The notes under the pieces are model-generated. The model made no database searches and was not told the origin of the DNA. It worked only from the letters and a program-made list of their open reading frames with translations. The translations under genes and the position numbers were made by a program. Below are positions 19,001-33,300 of a DNA stretch of 64,000 nucleotides, piece by piece; within the stretch, counting starts at the first letter, position 1, and each line of letters opens with the position of its first letter. This stretch comes from Phoronis australis (Eukaryota; Animalia; Phoronida), in the NCBI GenBank assembly GCA_002633005.1, contig NMRA01000404.1:333394-397393 (forward strand). Direction: 5' to 3'.

Positions 19001-21993
19001 ATGACGCTCGTAATCACTCAACATGGCGGCAAACCCATGTTCCTTATATGGATCGTGCTCATATTCGGTACCTTTAGTGGCAACTTTTCTGTCTTCCCGA
19101 CTGCTACCACGATGATGTTTGGATCAAAATACATACTTATTAACTATGGTATTCTTTTCACAGCAACCGTAAGTATCAAACGCAGTGTGCACGTCATTTC
19201 TCGGTACGTCAAGGCCTACAACCGTCGGGGAGGGGGTACAGCTGGTGGTTCCTTGTAGGGAGCTTCTATGAAAAAATACTTTAACGTAGAATTTTGTTCG
19301 AAGGACACTACCCTTTTGTAGAAATTCTTGTGCGGTAAATTCTAGGTCCCGAAGAGCAAAACATCTTTTTAAATGTTTAAAAGTGACACCACGTTGCTGA
19401 AAACTGAATAATTATTTCAACAAAAAATTTGAAAATGTAGATGATATTGAAAATCCTTCTGTAATTGTAGCGGGAAATCTGGCTTTTTGTAGATCTTCGT
19501 CACGGCTGGGAAAGTGGTCGTGAAAGTCATCCTACTGAGCAGTAGGTCACGTATACCTCTTGACCTCGATGGAAGTTCACCCCCGGTATATCAATGCACA
19601 TTATGCACGCCCGTAGCCGGGGGGGGGGGGGGGGTTCNAGAGGGTTCCCCGCGCAAAAGGTCCAGCCCCAGCATATCCTTTATGGATTGGATACAGATGA
19701 TCAACAACCCTAATTGTTGCAATTATTCCTGGCGCTGCTAACTACACTAATAACCAAGTTTTCCATATTCCTTCTGATTCAAAGTGTTTTACGTATTACA
19801 TCGGCCAGGTCGTACCCCGGCGGTCAACTTCGTCAAGTGTTGTGGGCACGCTTTGATTGTGTATTGATGGACGGACGTGTTTCGTTTTCATTCTTTTAAA
19901 TTAAATACTTCACTAGGCAATCCGATGTGTCCTTGCTCAAAAACCCGGCAGAAATTTAATTGACGTGTATGCTCATATTATTCCGACTAGGTCAAGACCT
20001 AATAAAATCCTTGGAATCTTGTAAATTATTGTCAGCGGTACTCGATGGCTGATTTCCAAGGTTACATGTCACTACACCGAAGGTTCATTACACCGAATGT
20101 TCAATATTCCGGAAGCAGCTCCACAACTCCGACAGTTTACTCCTCTGAATGCCTGGAAATGAGGCGAAACTGACATGGTAAAATACTGTGGCCTTGTCCA
20201 CTCAGTAACAATTGTAAAGTGCGTGCAAAAGATAAACATGGATTGCATTTTGTGGAAATGAGTTACATTCCACGGCAATCACCAACAATCGTGAGTCTTG
20301 TGTGAAGCAACTCGTTCTCACTGAACAATATCAGGGTTACGGGTGAAGACAGGATAGGGTAGCCTTCTACAATTAATTGCGACCTGGTCGAGCTCGTGGT
20401 TTCGTTGCAGTGGGAGGGGTAGAGGGGCAGAGGATAAACATTTCGATTGCACAGTGAAATGTTGCCATATTGACACGGATTTGGTGAATTTATCGTGATT
20501 AATGATTCATCAAAAACCTACTTCATATTTTCCTTTAAAACAACAAGTACAGTAGCCCAACATGGGCAAGAAATTAAATCCAAAGAAAGTGTTTTAGCTG
20601 TGCGTTGTTTTCGGCCTAAGTACACCACTACGTCTAGTAACAAAAGTATCGCGTATTTCTGCATACAGCAGTATCAAATAACATCTCAGTCCTAAGTTTC
20701 ACACAGACCTATGTAGTACACGTCTGGGAAGTAGTCTCCACAACGAAGGAAAATACCCCCATCATGGCCAGGATGAGTACACCCAACGGCTTGTCTTGAC
20801 TTCAATTATTTTCACTTGGCATCAGAACTAATTGGTGAAAAGATCTACGCATAAATATAAATTAAAATACTTCTTAAAATAACTTAGGTCCAGTGACAGA
20901 GAAATACACATTTATAGACCGATGAATAAAATTTTGATAACTTCAGTAACTGCACGTATCAGGCCCGTAGCCAGCACTGCGCGGGGGGTGGTTCGAGTTT
21001 CTAAAACTGTGACCTTTTGATTATACTTCACGAACGTCGACACTTGACTTTCCGGTTGCGCCGTTAAGCAGCTAAACTCGGCGAAAGGGAAATCCGTATG
21101 CACGGCAATGAATCTCGTCCCAATTTTCCTGAGATATCAGACCAAGGGAACTCGTAATCCCAGAAACAATTATATCAAGGACCTTACTGGGCGTGCCCCA
21201 GCCAAACTCGGATGTGTGGTCCTGAAAGTTCTATTTTTGGATTACTAAGCGTTACCCTCCGCCAATCTTTAAAAGCAGGCGTACTCGAATGAGTGATTAT
21301 GCCCCATCTCATACTCTGACATCGCACCTTTATTTAGTGGTCTGAGCTCGGACAGAGGAAAATGACGGCGGACATTTTATCAGGTTGTATTTCAGCGTGT
21401 TACTTAAGTTTCTCATACCGATGGAAATGGGAACATCCCATTACTCCGAAGATTCATTGACTCCGAATATAGGCCTAAGTTCCAGACCGCAGATACGCGG
21501 AGCTCGGGGGATTTTTTGTTTTAGCCTAATATTTGAAAACGTTGGATTTCATCAAAACCAACACTTGACACTGATATTCTTTTCGTCGATGTTTTCGTTT
21601 GCAGGTGGTCACAGCTCCAGTGGGTGCACTCTTGTCGATGACGTTACGGACAGTACTCGGTTGGTTTGGTATGTTTTGTCTCATGTCCGGGTTTGCCGGA
21701 GCAGGTACGTAGTACATGGAAATTCTGTTAACAGTAGAAGCTTAGTTTCCATGTATACATAAAAATGTACGTTTTATAGTCATAGTCTTGTCCGAGTGGT
21801 GCTACGTTTCGGGGTAAAAGTGCCTGCATTATAAAAGAATAAATTATTAACTGAACACTGAGAGAATCTTTTTTAAAACATGTCCCGTTATATTAAATTC
21901 TTCACGCGTACTTGTGCCTGCTCACCAGTTGTCTATTGTTCGTTTTCAGGGCTTGTCCTAGCTTATCTGTTTGACGACAGTGGTCAGCAATGA
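10052..21993 (+). CDS. MFS transporter, oxalate:formate antiporter-like; 12 coding exons
   Basis: Exons 10052-10139 (MATMIRWRGWMAILGGILVHVTLGTIYSIG), 13028-13214 (GNISPYL..LGGVIERKIGPR, MFS motif A-like), 14368-14494, 14783-14931 (WMPERKGLINGCVLAGFGSGAFIF), 15299-15416, 16378-16469, 16804-16894, 17824-17968, 18395-18517 (NAAGRIFWGFLMDK), 18959-19168 (SGNFSVFPTAT..FG..NYGILFT), 21605-21704, 21950-21993 (TGA). The frame is open upstream of the ATG, so the true start is uncertain. Confidence 0.9.
13359..13510. repeat. 51-bp tandem repeat, 3 diverged copies
   Basis: Unit approx. tagaactgacatgtcggtcagcgtcagaccacgcccatgaagttgtttgag. Confidence 0.85.
17499..17654. mobile_element. MITE of about 150 bp with CAG(G/T/A)GGCGGAT termini; other copies at 39325-39468 and 47655-47795 (inverted)
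   Basis: Shared internal sequence ttccatttggcagt..gggtgcgaatgtctgacggg.aaaatcctggctaata and end ctcaaaatcctggatccgcccctg at three dispersed sites. Confidence 0.85.
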
Positions 21994-24358
21994 GGCGGAT
22001 ACAGAACCTGAAGGGTGCACTATTCACTCCACTCCTTGTACGTGGGCTGCAGCGTTTTCTGTGCTCGTATTTGTTTCTCAAGGCTCGCTGTCCATGAACA
22101 GTCATAAGCCCAAACGAAATGTGATACACCTTTGTTTAAATACATAAAATTGGTAACTTCGTCTGCTTGTCGATGGATCCTAACAGCATCAAAGTTCGGG
22201 TAAAAAGTTAACAAGGACACGAGATTTGATTGCAGAGTGAATTTGAGATGGACTTGCATTCAAATGCAATGGGAATGTTAAAGTTGACGTGGGCGCATGT
22301 ACAGTTCTTAGTACACTGTGGTAAACTTTTGGCAACACCTGTAGCTCTATTTTATGTTTATTTATACAAATACATCAGACACATGCATATACCATTTTCA
22401 ACAGGTGCCTATCTTTGGCTGAATCAGTAAAATACAACATATATTTTATATTTGAAAAACCCTGATATAATATTGAAGTTACATTCAGCTTATTTTAACC
22501 CAGAGACCTAGACACATGTTAGTCAAGTTGCCATAAAATCCTCCAAGGAGTCATTTTGCCCTATCAGACTGTCTTGAGGTTATAAACAGAACCATCAGAC
22601 AGGTACATACCCGCTTCACTAAATTGCAACAGGATACCAACAAAATCTCTGGATGAAGTGAAATAAATGCCATTTTAATACAACTATACTTATACACATG
22701 TCATAACACCTATAATAACAGCATCGTAAATGTGGTAGCATTTTTATGACAATGATACAAGCTTTATAGTGATGGGGCACACTTTAAAGTACACAAGTAT
22801 CCCTCGGGTAAAATATGATCGTATCTCTTCCCTGTTCATAAACCAACTTTTCACACCTTCTACAGCACTTGGACAGATAAAATATCCTTTAAGCAGTCAT
22901 ATTTGAATACATGCATTTCTAGGATTTCTGCCCATGCTAGTTCCCATAAGATACTAATATTTCAATCATGTGGCGACCTCTGCTGCACAATTGTGAGATA
23001 TCAACAGTAACTTCAAGCACATTTCACACTCACTGGTCACATAAACACGTACAACATAACCTGAGCTGGGTTCCATACACAGAAGAAACTCTAAGAAACG
23101 CACAGAGTCTTTGTGAGATATCATATTGCATTACAAACGAGGCATAGGGTCACTAGCTTTTCTCACAAGTGTCGTGTGACAACAGAACTCGGCCCTTAAC
23201 ATATTACACATTGTTTTCATCATCACAATCTTCCTGAAGTGTGAGAACAACCACGCCCCCTACAGTTTGTGAACAAAGATGCCACTACAGTTTGCGAACA
23301 ACCATGCCCCTATAGTTTGTAAACAATCATGCCACTAAATCTAAACAACATTAGTGCCCATCTTTTTTCAAACTGCGGACACATTGGATAAGGTCTCAGT
23401 GTGCCACATGACAATTAAAACTTGCACAGAAGACATAAAAATACACGACATGGTAAGAGAGTCTTCTATATCCCACTTAACACACAATGAATACTGTGAT
23501 GAATACGGTCATTCCCTTGACATTGTTGACCCTGCCTGGACATTGAGACACCATAGATATAGACAACAGATTCACAACTCCCACATATTCTTGGGAAATA
23601 TCCTAGAGGAGGCTCCAACCTCTAAAAATAGCAATCTCAGCTTCTGGCTAGTGTATTGTGATGGGAAATTCTTGCTCTCTAGTACAACGAAAAATAATTA
23701 TTGAATTGCTATTCAAGGTCTTCCAATAGTAGACTCCAGACATTTTGAGAGGCACCGGCATGATTTTGAGCTTAAAATGAAACTTAAAGTGCAGTTGAAG
23801 TGTGAGATTGGCTTTTGAATAGGCCAGGTGATTATTTCTGGAGTATTAATATGAGCTTTATTTAAGAAGTAATAACGTTTTACATGCGTTGGATTTATTT
23901 AAACAACGATGTGAGTTAGGCAAAATCACCGATTCCCAAGGAAACGACCATGATTAGAAGACTAGCGGGAAGTAAAGAGTGCTATTTCTGCCAGGTGTCA
24001 CCAGTGAATAATGACATCACGGATTATGTGTAAAATCACAGATTTCGTCCATTGAAAATACATGGAGTTTGCAGTCCATGTACTATAGTCTATGGTGACA
24101 CCAAGAACACATGTATACACTTGACCCCATATCAGTCAACACCAAAGTGTTGTTGGAAACAATGCGTAACATACCCAGCTGCAACACCAGACTAATAAAA
24201 ATCTCCATGGTTACCATAGCTACACTACACTGTCAGAGATGTATTAACAAATGGTGCATGCCAATTACACCAAACAAAATGATCTACTTCTCCCGCAACA
24301 GCTGGGTGCAAGTGGGGTCATCGTCATAGTATCCGTCCATAATAACCTGATGAGGAAT

Positions 24359-27300
24359 TTACTGGAAAGTTAGAGGTGAGAAGACCATAAGGTCACTAGC
24401 GACATCTTGTGTTGATGTCTGCGGTGGTGTGAACAGAAGATTGGCAGCCTGTAAGAGACAAAAACGACAAGTTAAGCGAGAATAGAATGTGACAAGATTT
24501 GTTGGCTACTCAAAGGGTAGTTTGCTGACAACAAAGGGTAGTTTGCTGACAACAAAGGGTAGTTTGCTGACTACAAAGGGTAGTTTGCTGACTACAAAGG
24601 GTAGTTTGCTGACTACAATGACTTCTGACAAGATATGTAGCCAATGACAGGTATGAATATTTTTAAACTTGTCTCACTTAATCCCACTGAAAAGAGCCTG
24701 TTATAGTCCATTGTGTTAGTAATATCTGTTTCTCATTTTTAGCCATGCAATTTGCTTGCGTGAAATGTTAATTTAAAACTACCAGTGACCTCAGTCTGCA
24801 GCGTCAATATTAGCCCTATTAGTGTTGTGAGGGTCATTTTCAGTCAGATCTTGAACTCCAATTTAACACTAATTCCTTTCTAGATACTTTAATAAGAATG
24901 CGCATATATTATGTAAACATGAATTAAGCAACAAAAACTCAGTTATGTATAACTGCTGTTTACAAAATAACACACGCATTGTTGGGATGAAGTACAGATC
25001 ACAAATTCTCCAAACTACTTCATATGACACAATCACCACAATACAGATCACAAATATTTTATCAAACTGGTAATGCATAGACGGCAGCAAGAAGTGGTCA
25101 GCTGTTCAGCAAGACAGTTTAAACATCAACTATCTGTACTTATCCCCTGGATGTATAGACATCGCCAGTTTGGCAAAACATCTGTGAAGTATAGAGCAAC
25201 AAATCTTGCATGGACTACTTTACCTGTGAAGATCCATTCACGTGTAAGTTAGCCATTTGTGTTGTCGGGGTGCCCCCTGTAGGAGGTGTGAATACAAACT
25301 CACTGTTGACCAGATGGCTAGCTGTTGGAGAAAATGAAAGTAGTAACAACAACAACAACAACAACAACAACAATAACAACAGGAATCTGTTTCATGAAAA
25401 GTGACTTATAAGACTTACGACAGAAATTTGGCCTTACTCTCCACATAACTATTTCTGAAAATTAATTGAATCTCACTTGAGCAAAAGCCTAAGTCTCTGA
25501 GAATGTATATATAACCTGAGATAATTTTTATGTATTATTTCTAGACTGTGATGTGCTCGTTTTTGTATGGCTAAAACTGTGGATTGTGAACACAAGATCA
25601 ACTGTCATGAAACAGAACCCAGTTAAATGCATGTTTTAGTGGACGTTAATGACTACTGTTACTTTATCACAATCCCCTGTCACTGACACAAAAATTGCAG
25701 TTTGAGTAAAATTACACTGTGACGTTTGTAAAACTTTGAGTTTAGAAGCCCACACTTGGCTTAACACAGATCCCCTGATACTTGGCACAGATCCCCTGAT
25801 ACTTGGTACAGATCCCCTGATACTTGGCACAGATCCCCTGATACTTGGTACAGATCCCCTGATACTTGTCACAGATCCCCTGATACTTGTCACAGATCCC
25901 CTGATACTTGTCACAGATCCCCTGATACTTGGCGCAGATCCCGATACTTGGTACAGATCCCCTGATACTTGGCATAGTGTAGTAATCAAGTAAATAATGT
26001 GTGACTGCACGCTACATTAGCAGCAGCAGACCTGAACAAAGTCAGCACAACACTGTCAACAAGACATACTTGGCCTGCTGAATGGAGTGCCAGGGAGCTT
26101 CTTGGAAGGGCTGCCCACCACGCTACTGGGACTGTTTGTAAAGCGAACACTCCGGCGCAGATTACGACTGGAAGACTTTGGAGTTTTCACAATATTGCTG
26201 GATCGTCTGGGAGTCTTGCGCACACCTCTCAATGGGTCATCAGGTGTGGCCAGCTTACTCTGGGTGTGCTCTGTAACGGAACAAACTGAGAGGATAAATG
26301 TACAATTATAGACAGACCAGGGGCTCATAAACAGGGTACTAGGTATGATCATCATACCTCAGATTTTCACAGGTGCACAATTGACTTATGATGGAGCCGG
26401 GCACTTCAGTATGAGCTTGTTCATCTCATAACAAGATAATCAAAACAGAATCACTTTATGAACATAACAGACGTGCTTCAGCAGTACTAACCCTGTTCAG
26501 ACATGCTACTCTGTGTGGGTACCAAGTACTTGCTAAAGAAGTCATCAGCGGGCTGCTCATCTTGTGAGAGTTCAAAGGTCGGAGCAGGTTTGTCATGTGA
26601 TGAGTGCAGTTTCAAAGCAGGAGAGTTGTTTGACTGGAGAGGGGTCAACAAAGACTTCCTTGTGCTGCGACGAGGGCTGCAAGAAAAAAAAAACAAACCA
26701 TCACCGTGAATCCAATCCACAAACGTTTCTACTGAAAACTTGTCAAATACAAACATTTCAAAACACTTGCAACAGTTAAATTTCGTACTTATTATTATGA
26801 TACTTAGGTTACACGGGTACTATGCAAAGTGGTAAATATATATCTACACACGTTTAATGACCAATCATGTGAAGCATAACTTGGGATATATATCTACATG
26901 CCTTTAATCAGTCAAGACAGAAAAGAGATACAATGATCATCGCTAACAGACAGTGTTTCTAAAAAAAAGAAAAACTGTAAAATGCAATTCAATGTTTGTT
27001 TATACCTCCTTCTACAAGGTGTCGCCTCCAGACTGTCCGGCGTGAACACGTTAGTACGGAGGAACATATTGACAGGAGTCTGGAACAAACGACATTCATG
27101 GTGAGATAACAAACCAACATGGAGTATGCAGCCACTAATACTGAAGACCAAGATACTCAATAACACTTCACAATAATACTTCACAATAATACTTCACAAT
27201 AACATTTCACAATAATAATTCTAGTAATAAGTTAAGCAATGTAAGCAACATATTTAGTGATCACAGATTACAAGTGTTTTCTCAGGACATTGGTCATTGA

Positions 27301-30300
27301 AGCAAATATTATCAACATAGCTCTATAGGTAACCAAAGGTCGCAAGTGTTTCCTCAATATATTGGCCATTACAACTGCTACAAACTCATCCTCCATCAAA
27401 TAAATAACTTTAGATTCAGACCACTTATAATTGTCTCAACCTCTTCATCACTGAAAAAGTATGACAGAGCCAATCACTCACACTAGGAGCTGAAGTCCTC
27501 CCCGTTTGTTTGCTTACTGACCGTCGGCCACTTGTATTCAGGCCTGGGGTCAACTTGTTTATAGACCGGGTCAACACAGCCTTCCTCAAGGGACTTCGCA
27601 CAGTCGGAGTGCCACCTATAGACAGAGTGTGAAAAATTACAAGGATCAGTATCACTATACTTCTATTTGTAGTATATTCACAAGTGAGATTGACGAGCCA
27701 CAGCACACAATAATATCAAACCAAAACAGATATGGTGGTGACTGTTCTTTTGGTGATATCAGAAATACAACTCTTTAGTCCTGTGAGAACACAAAAACAA
27801 CTTCCCTTTGATCCAATTTTAACTTCAGATGTGTAAGACAGGTGGAGCTGACATAACCAAAGCAAACCAAAGTGTCGTAGAAAGATGGTTATTGTATGAT
27901 GAAGGACTTTTTACGTGAAAAATTTGAATAAATATTACACCGCACAACAGGCAATCTGGCATCAAAGTATAATTGTAAAAAATGTGAATTCTCACCGTCT
28001 TAAATCTCCATCCACATGTGCCCTGTAGGTGGCCCCAAACATTTGTTCGGAAATAAACTAGCGCCATCTAGCTTGTGCAGCAGGGACTAATTATACTAAA
28101 ACTGGTGTTAATTTCACATTCTGCGATTGTCGTCGACTATCGTATCTAGTAATTATTTCACAACTGTTTATGGATAAAAGACAACTTTACACATAAACAT
28201 TTCAAAACGCTGACCTTCACAATGAGGTTTTGGGCTCCGAACCGGGGAGGTGATGGCAAAGAAGCCAGGAGCCTCGAATGTTTTCACCTCCTCAGCCATT
28301 TGGGTCTTTTTCTTCATCTGAGCCCGGAATGCTGCAAACTTTGACTTGGCTGCAGGCTTGGTAACAGCAGGCTTGACTGTGGTGGTCTTCTTTTTCTGAA
28401 GGATCACAAAGTGAAATTATGACTAAGTGCCATCTTGCAAAAGTCAGCTTTGTGTGCTTTTTCTGGAGAAACATTGTATTTGATCATCAAAGCTGGTAAC
28501 CAAGGAATAAATAAAAAGCTAAGACAGTATAATAAGAAATTAACCAGAAAATGCTTTCTGCTGAAAGCAAAGAGCATGTTAAAGAACACGGGCAACTCAA
28601 AGATTACGCTTATCTGACTTACTCATTGTGGAGTGCAGCAATAATAACAAGCCATCTGAGCCTGACTGAACTCTAAATAGTGCTATATATAACAGGCAAG
28701 AAAGAGAACCACACCCCCTCTTAACAATTCACAATCACTCTGTTCTTCACTCACCTTGACTACCTTCTTTGGTTCGTCCTTGACCCAGTTACGAGCCTTC
28801 AAAGCATCAAGGTCAGCGAACTTCTTGTCCACATCCTCTACCTATCATTGAAGAAATTCATCTATTGTCAGTTTACAATGACTCACACTACATATCAATG
28901 AATACATTCACCTATTGTAATGTAACGAATCAACAACAGATGGAAATAAATGAGAAAAAGTTAGTATGTTCTGATGACACAAAAAATCAAAACAAATAAT
29001 TTGACTCAAAGAAACATTCACAAAGGGAGATCTTATCAAGTTCATATCAATAACCAGTTGTATGAAACACACTGGGTGAGGGACCACACCACAATAACCA
29101 GTTACATGAAACACACTGGGTGAGGGACCACACCACAATAACCAGTTGTATGAAACACACTAGGTGAGGGACCACACCACAATAACCAGTTATATGGAAC
29201 ACACTGGGTGAGGGACCACACCACAATAACCAGTTGTATGGAACACACTGGGTGAGGGACCACACCACAATAACCAGTTATATGGAACACACTGGGTGAG
29301 GGACCACACCACAATATCAACAGGTGAGGTAATACCGTGAAACTCCTCTAGACATCTAATCATGTAAAACCACAGCCTTGCTCATGTACAACAACTCCAT
29401 CATAATATTATTAGATTATTAGAGCACATCTGCTTGAGAGGTCAAGTACAATAAGTATCTCATAAAGTCAGGCTGCTGACAGACAAAATAATGACATGGC
29501 GCCACTCTTACCTGGAAGTAAATCATGTCCCAGAATCCTTGCAGGTCAGAGCAAAGCGTTTCTTTCTCGCCAGTGCCGAACTCACAGTTGTCAACAAGGC
29601 CAGAGAATTGTTTGAACCTCTGGTTCATCAGCAGGTGTGCCTGTCCTATGGTGGTCCTAATCTGGCCAGTGACTGTGGTGAGAAGTATCTGGGTCATTGA
29701 CAGAGCATTGGAAAGGGCAAGGTGGTGGCAATACTAGCTTATCAGAGTTTGCATTCAACGCAGGATAAATGCCCAAGGTTTTGCCAACATTGCTTTCAGA
29801 CTATGAAGCAAGCACAGATATGGTTGCAAGTGACTATTTAAGTAAAACAATTAAATGGTATTCTTTCAAGTTTTAAAGTTTGAATTAAGGGGGTGTTAAA
29901 ATTAGTGTTAGCCTGCTCTCAGAAGGACTATATGAGATTGAAGATTGCACAATAGTTGGTGAGACCATTACTTACTGTCATCAGACAAGTCACTCTCATT
30001 CACCTGTGTCTCCCACTTGACACAGAGAGAGTTGAGACGTTCTGTCTCACTGACCAGGAGCCTCCTGAAGTATGCGACATTGTGTTCCTCTTCAGTCACG
30101 TCCATCAGGACCGGCTTGTCGTCCAAAATGGGCTTGTCATCCATGACAGACTTGTCGTCTATGATAGGTTTGTAGTCCACAACTGACTTGTCGTCCATAA
30201 TGGCCTTTTCATCAGTGACAGCCTTGTTCTTCGTGACGACCTTGTTGTCATTGGCAGCCACATCGTTCCTGATGACCTTGTTATCCATGGCAGCCATGTC

Positions 30301-33300
30301 GTCCATGGCAGGCAGGTCATCAAAGTCCACGGGCAGTGGCTCCACAGATTGGCCTGTATAGAAACACTTTCTACAGCTTCATGAAACACCAATACCTATC
30401 AAGATCTATTGTCCACAATGTAACTGTCATTCTCCACACAACTTGTGGCTCATTGAATGCATGTGCTTGTTATAGTTATATGTTTAGCAAAATTAGATTT
30501 TTCCCCAATGAAAATTTCCATGAGTATACCATGTACATTACAACACACTTCTTACTGATACTTGTAAGCTTTTGTTTCCTAAGGTCATAAGGTTAATGTC
30601 TACACTGTGTATTATGCCAAATGACTTGTGTGTTCAGTGAACACTTATACCAGCCAACCTCATCTGAGAATCATTAACTTACCCGGGCTCGTCAACTTGG
30701 GCGTCCGTCGACGTGTCTCTACCATAGGGCTGTGTGTGATCACATCCATCCTGAAACACAGACAAACAACTGACCACTGGCTACTCAGATGGTCACTTGA
30801 ATACAAACGGTGTGTATTGGACATGAATAGTCCGTGTCCAAATTTGTCAAATTCAGAAGTAGAATTTAAAACAGGACACACAGAATGATTTGCTTGTAAG
30901 CATTGGAAAGATTAAGATGATTTAAACTCCCGATTGATCGGTATTGCAAAGTCAAACGTTTATATCTATAAAGTAGCAGAGCAGGACTGTAATACAGTCA
31001 CATCAACCTCCCATCAGTCATTCTTACATTTTTGGGGTCTGAAAACAACAAGTATTGACCTCAGTGGAAGGTATAAATTAATGTCTTAATATTCAACTGA
31101 ATAGACTGAAACTCGAGAGCAATTCATCAGCAGACGGGCAATTGTGGGGAAAAAGCAATGTGACAACCTCAGTGCGTGTACTGGTAGCGCCACCTACTGC
31201 ACTGTAATGCACACATCAGCAACTCTTACTTTTCTTCAGGAGACATTGTCTGGAACCTCCTGGCCACCTGAGGTGTTCTCACCACAGAGGTCAGGGGTCG
31301 TTTCCCAGATGACCTGCCCAAGGTACGCCGGGGACCACTAACAGGAGTCTTGAAAGCTGCTGAGCCATTCTGCACTGTTTTAGTCTCGTTTGATGACACT
31401 TCGATCTTGTCAGTATGTCCGGCCTTGTCAGTATGTCCGGCCTTGTCAGTATCTTCTTTGGATTTATCAATCGCTGCTGAATCAAAATAGTTTCCTCTTA
31501 ATGAAGAGACTTTAGTGTAATATAAAGGGATAATTGACAAGTGTAAGGAGCCACAATAGACTAAATATCACAATAGTAAAGAGAGTTGCATAATGGCAAT
31601 TAAATCTGTTTAGCAAACCTCTTCAATTCACGTGTATCCTGGATCTCAAGCTCTATCAATGGTATGGTGGCGTGTTGAAATTACTGGAGCAAATAAAATG
31701 CAAAATATCTCTTGGTGAAAGCACTAAAGGTCATCTTCATCTCAGCCAATCATAAACAAGGGTTTACATTCATCTCAGCCAATCATAAACAAAGATTTAC
31801 ATAGTGCAACAATTTAACTTATTAAAGGTTATTACTCCTCAACACAATGCAAAACACAATTGCCAAACTTGTAAGTTTTTCCACTTCTGCTAATGATAGC
31901 AAGTTTTGCAATATCACAGCTGTTGCGTTCTAACCATGCAATGATGAAGTCAATTTGTACTCCAAATATATTTTTTATCCAGAAAATGAATGAAAAATTA
32001 CAGAGTGACAGTAAGCAATCACGAACACTCTGTGTGAAAAGCACTGAATAGGGATGTACCTAAGTATATCCCTGCTGTATAGGTGTTGGTTGCCAGTGCG
32101 CGTACCCAGCTAGTGTTTGGGAGACTCTGGGTTTGATTTCAAGTTAGAACAAGTAAAATTTTTCAAACAGAAGGGCTCGACGCTAAGCAGAATGTCAACT
32201 TGCTGAATGAGACCTTGTAAAAAAACCCAGGTGGGCAAATAGGAAATGAGGTCGCCAAAACGAGGATATCCCGTATGCAGGGGTGGAGAAGGTACGACTA
32301 CCATAAACAACGCATAGTTGACTGCAGAGGAAAATGACAAAACAGGATATGTGAAATGAAGGACCAATGAATAGAGGGTATGCCCATTAGAACACCCACA
32401 GAATGCCTGTGCAGCCTTTTTAGTCTAAACTGTTGGAATTCAATTGTGTGCTCGAGAATGACCAATTCTGCCCCTCCTGGCATAGTATTTTCCCCAAGCG
32501 TACCCTTTATCTAAGGGAAAAGCAAACGATCAGGGCCCATCTGTGCATGAGTTATGAAGCGAACATTATATTTTGTGCCAAAAATTCTGACTTTCATCTG
32601 TACTTCCTGTACAGTGAGCACTCGCTCAGATGTGTGCATGGTGACTAAGCGACAACTTGGGATTTTTACAAGGTCGCTAAAAGAAATCTCAGGTCACCAA
32701 ATAGAGTCCTGTAGAGGTAAATAAAGCCTATGTAATTAGGTGAAAAACTAATGCAGTGCTTTCCAAATAGAATTTTCATCATTGGATATTGAGTGCAGTG
32801 TTGAAGAGTATTCAGCCTACCTCCCAGTATAGCGCTTCATGGACAAACAAGAAAGCTAGACGCCACAGGATAATATGAGTATTGTAAAACACCTTTTAGT
32901 ATAATGATAAACCTACCTGGTGAACTGTGTGCTAGAGTTGTGGCAATAGGTGTTCTGGTCACTGTCACTGTGTTCAGCTGCCTTTTGGGTGTAGAACATC
33001 GTCTGTAGTAAAGCCAGAGTTAACACATACAGTGACCGCATGCAGTGACCGCACGCAGTGACCGCACGCAGTGACCGCATACAGTGACCGCATGGACAGT
33101 TTTCACTCATTTTCCAGCAGTTATCGTTTCCACAAAGTGTGTAATTATTGGAAATGGTTGTTGCCATGAATACTAGACATGAGATGCATGAGGAATTTCT
33201 ATTGTCGTTTTGATTAATTTTTTACAATTTTTAAAATTTTTTTCATTTTCCATGTGTATTCTATGAATGAACGTTATTTTTGTTGTTTTCCAGGTTTTCC

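Noticed and set aside
21991-22011. Possible TGA readthrough or selenocysteine at the MFS stop
   Set aside because: A second in-frame TGA follows after five codons, and no SECIS or readthrough context is evident.
24345-24380. CTGATGA..GAAA hammerhead-like core
   Set aside because: Stem II cannot pair and it overlaps the DLGAP5 stop region. I also found no convincing hammerhead beside the Penelope remnant.
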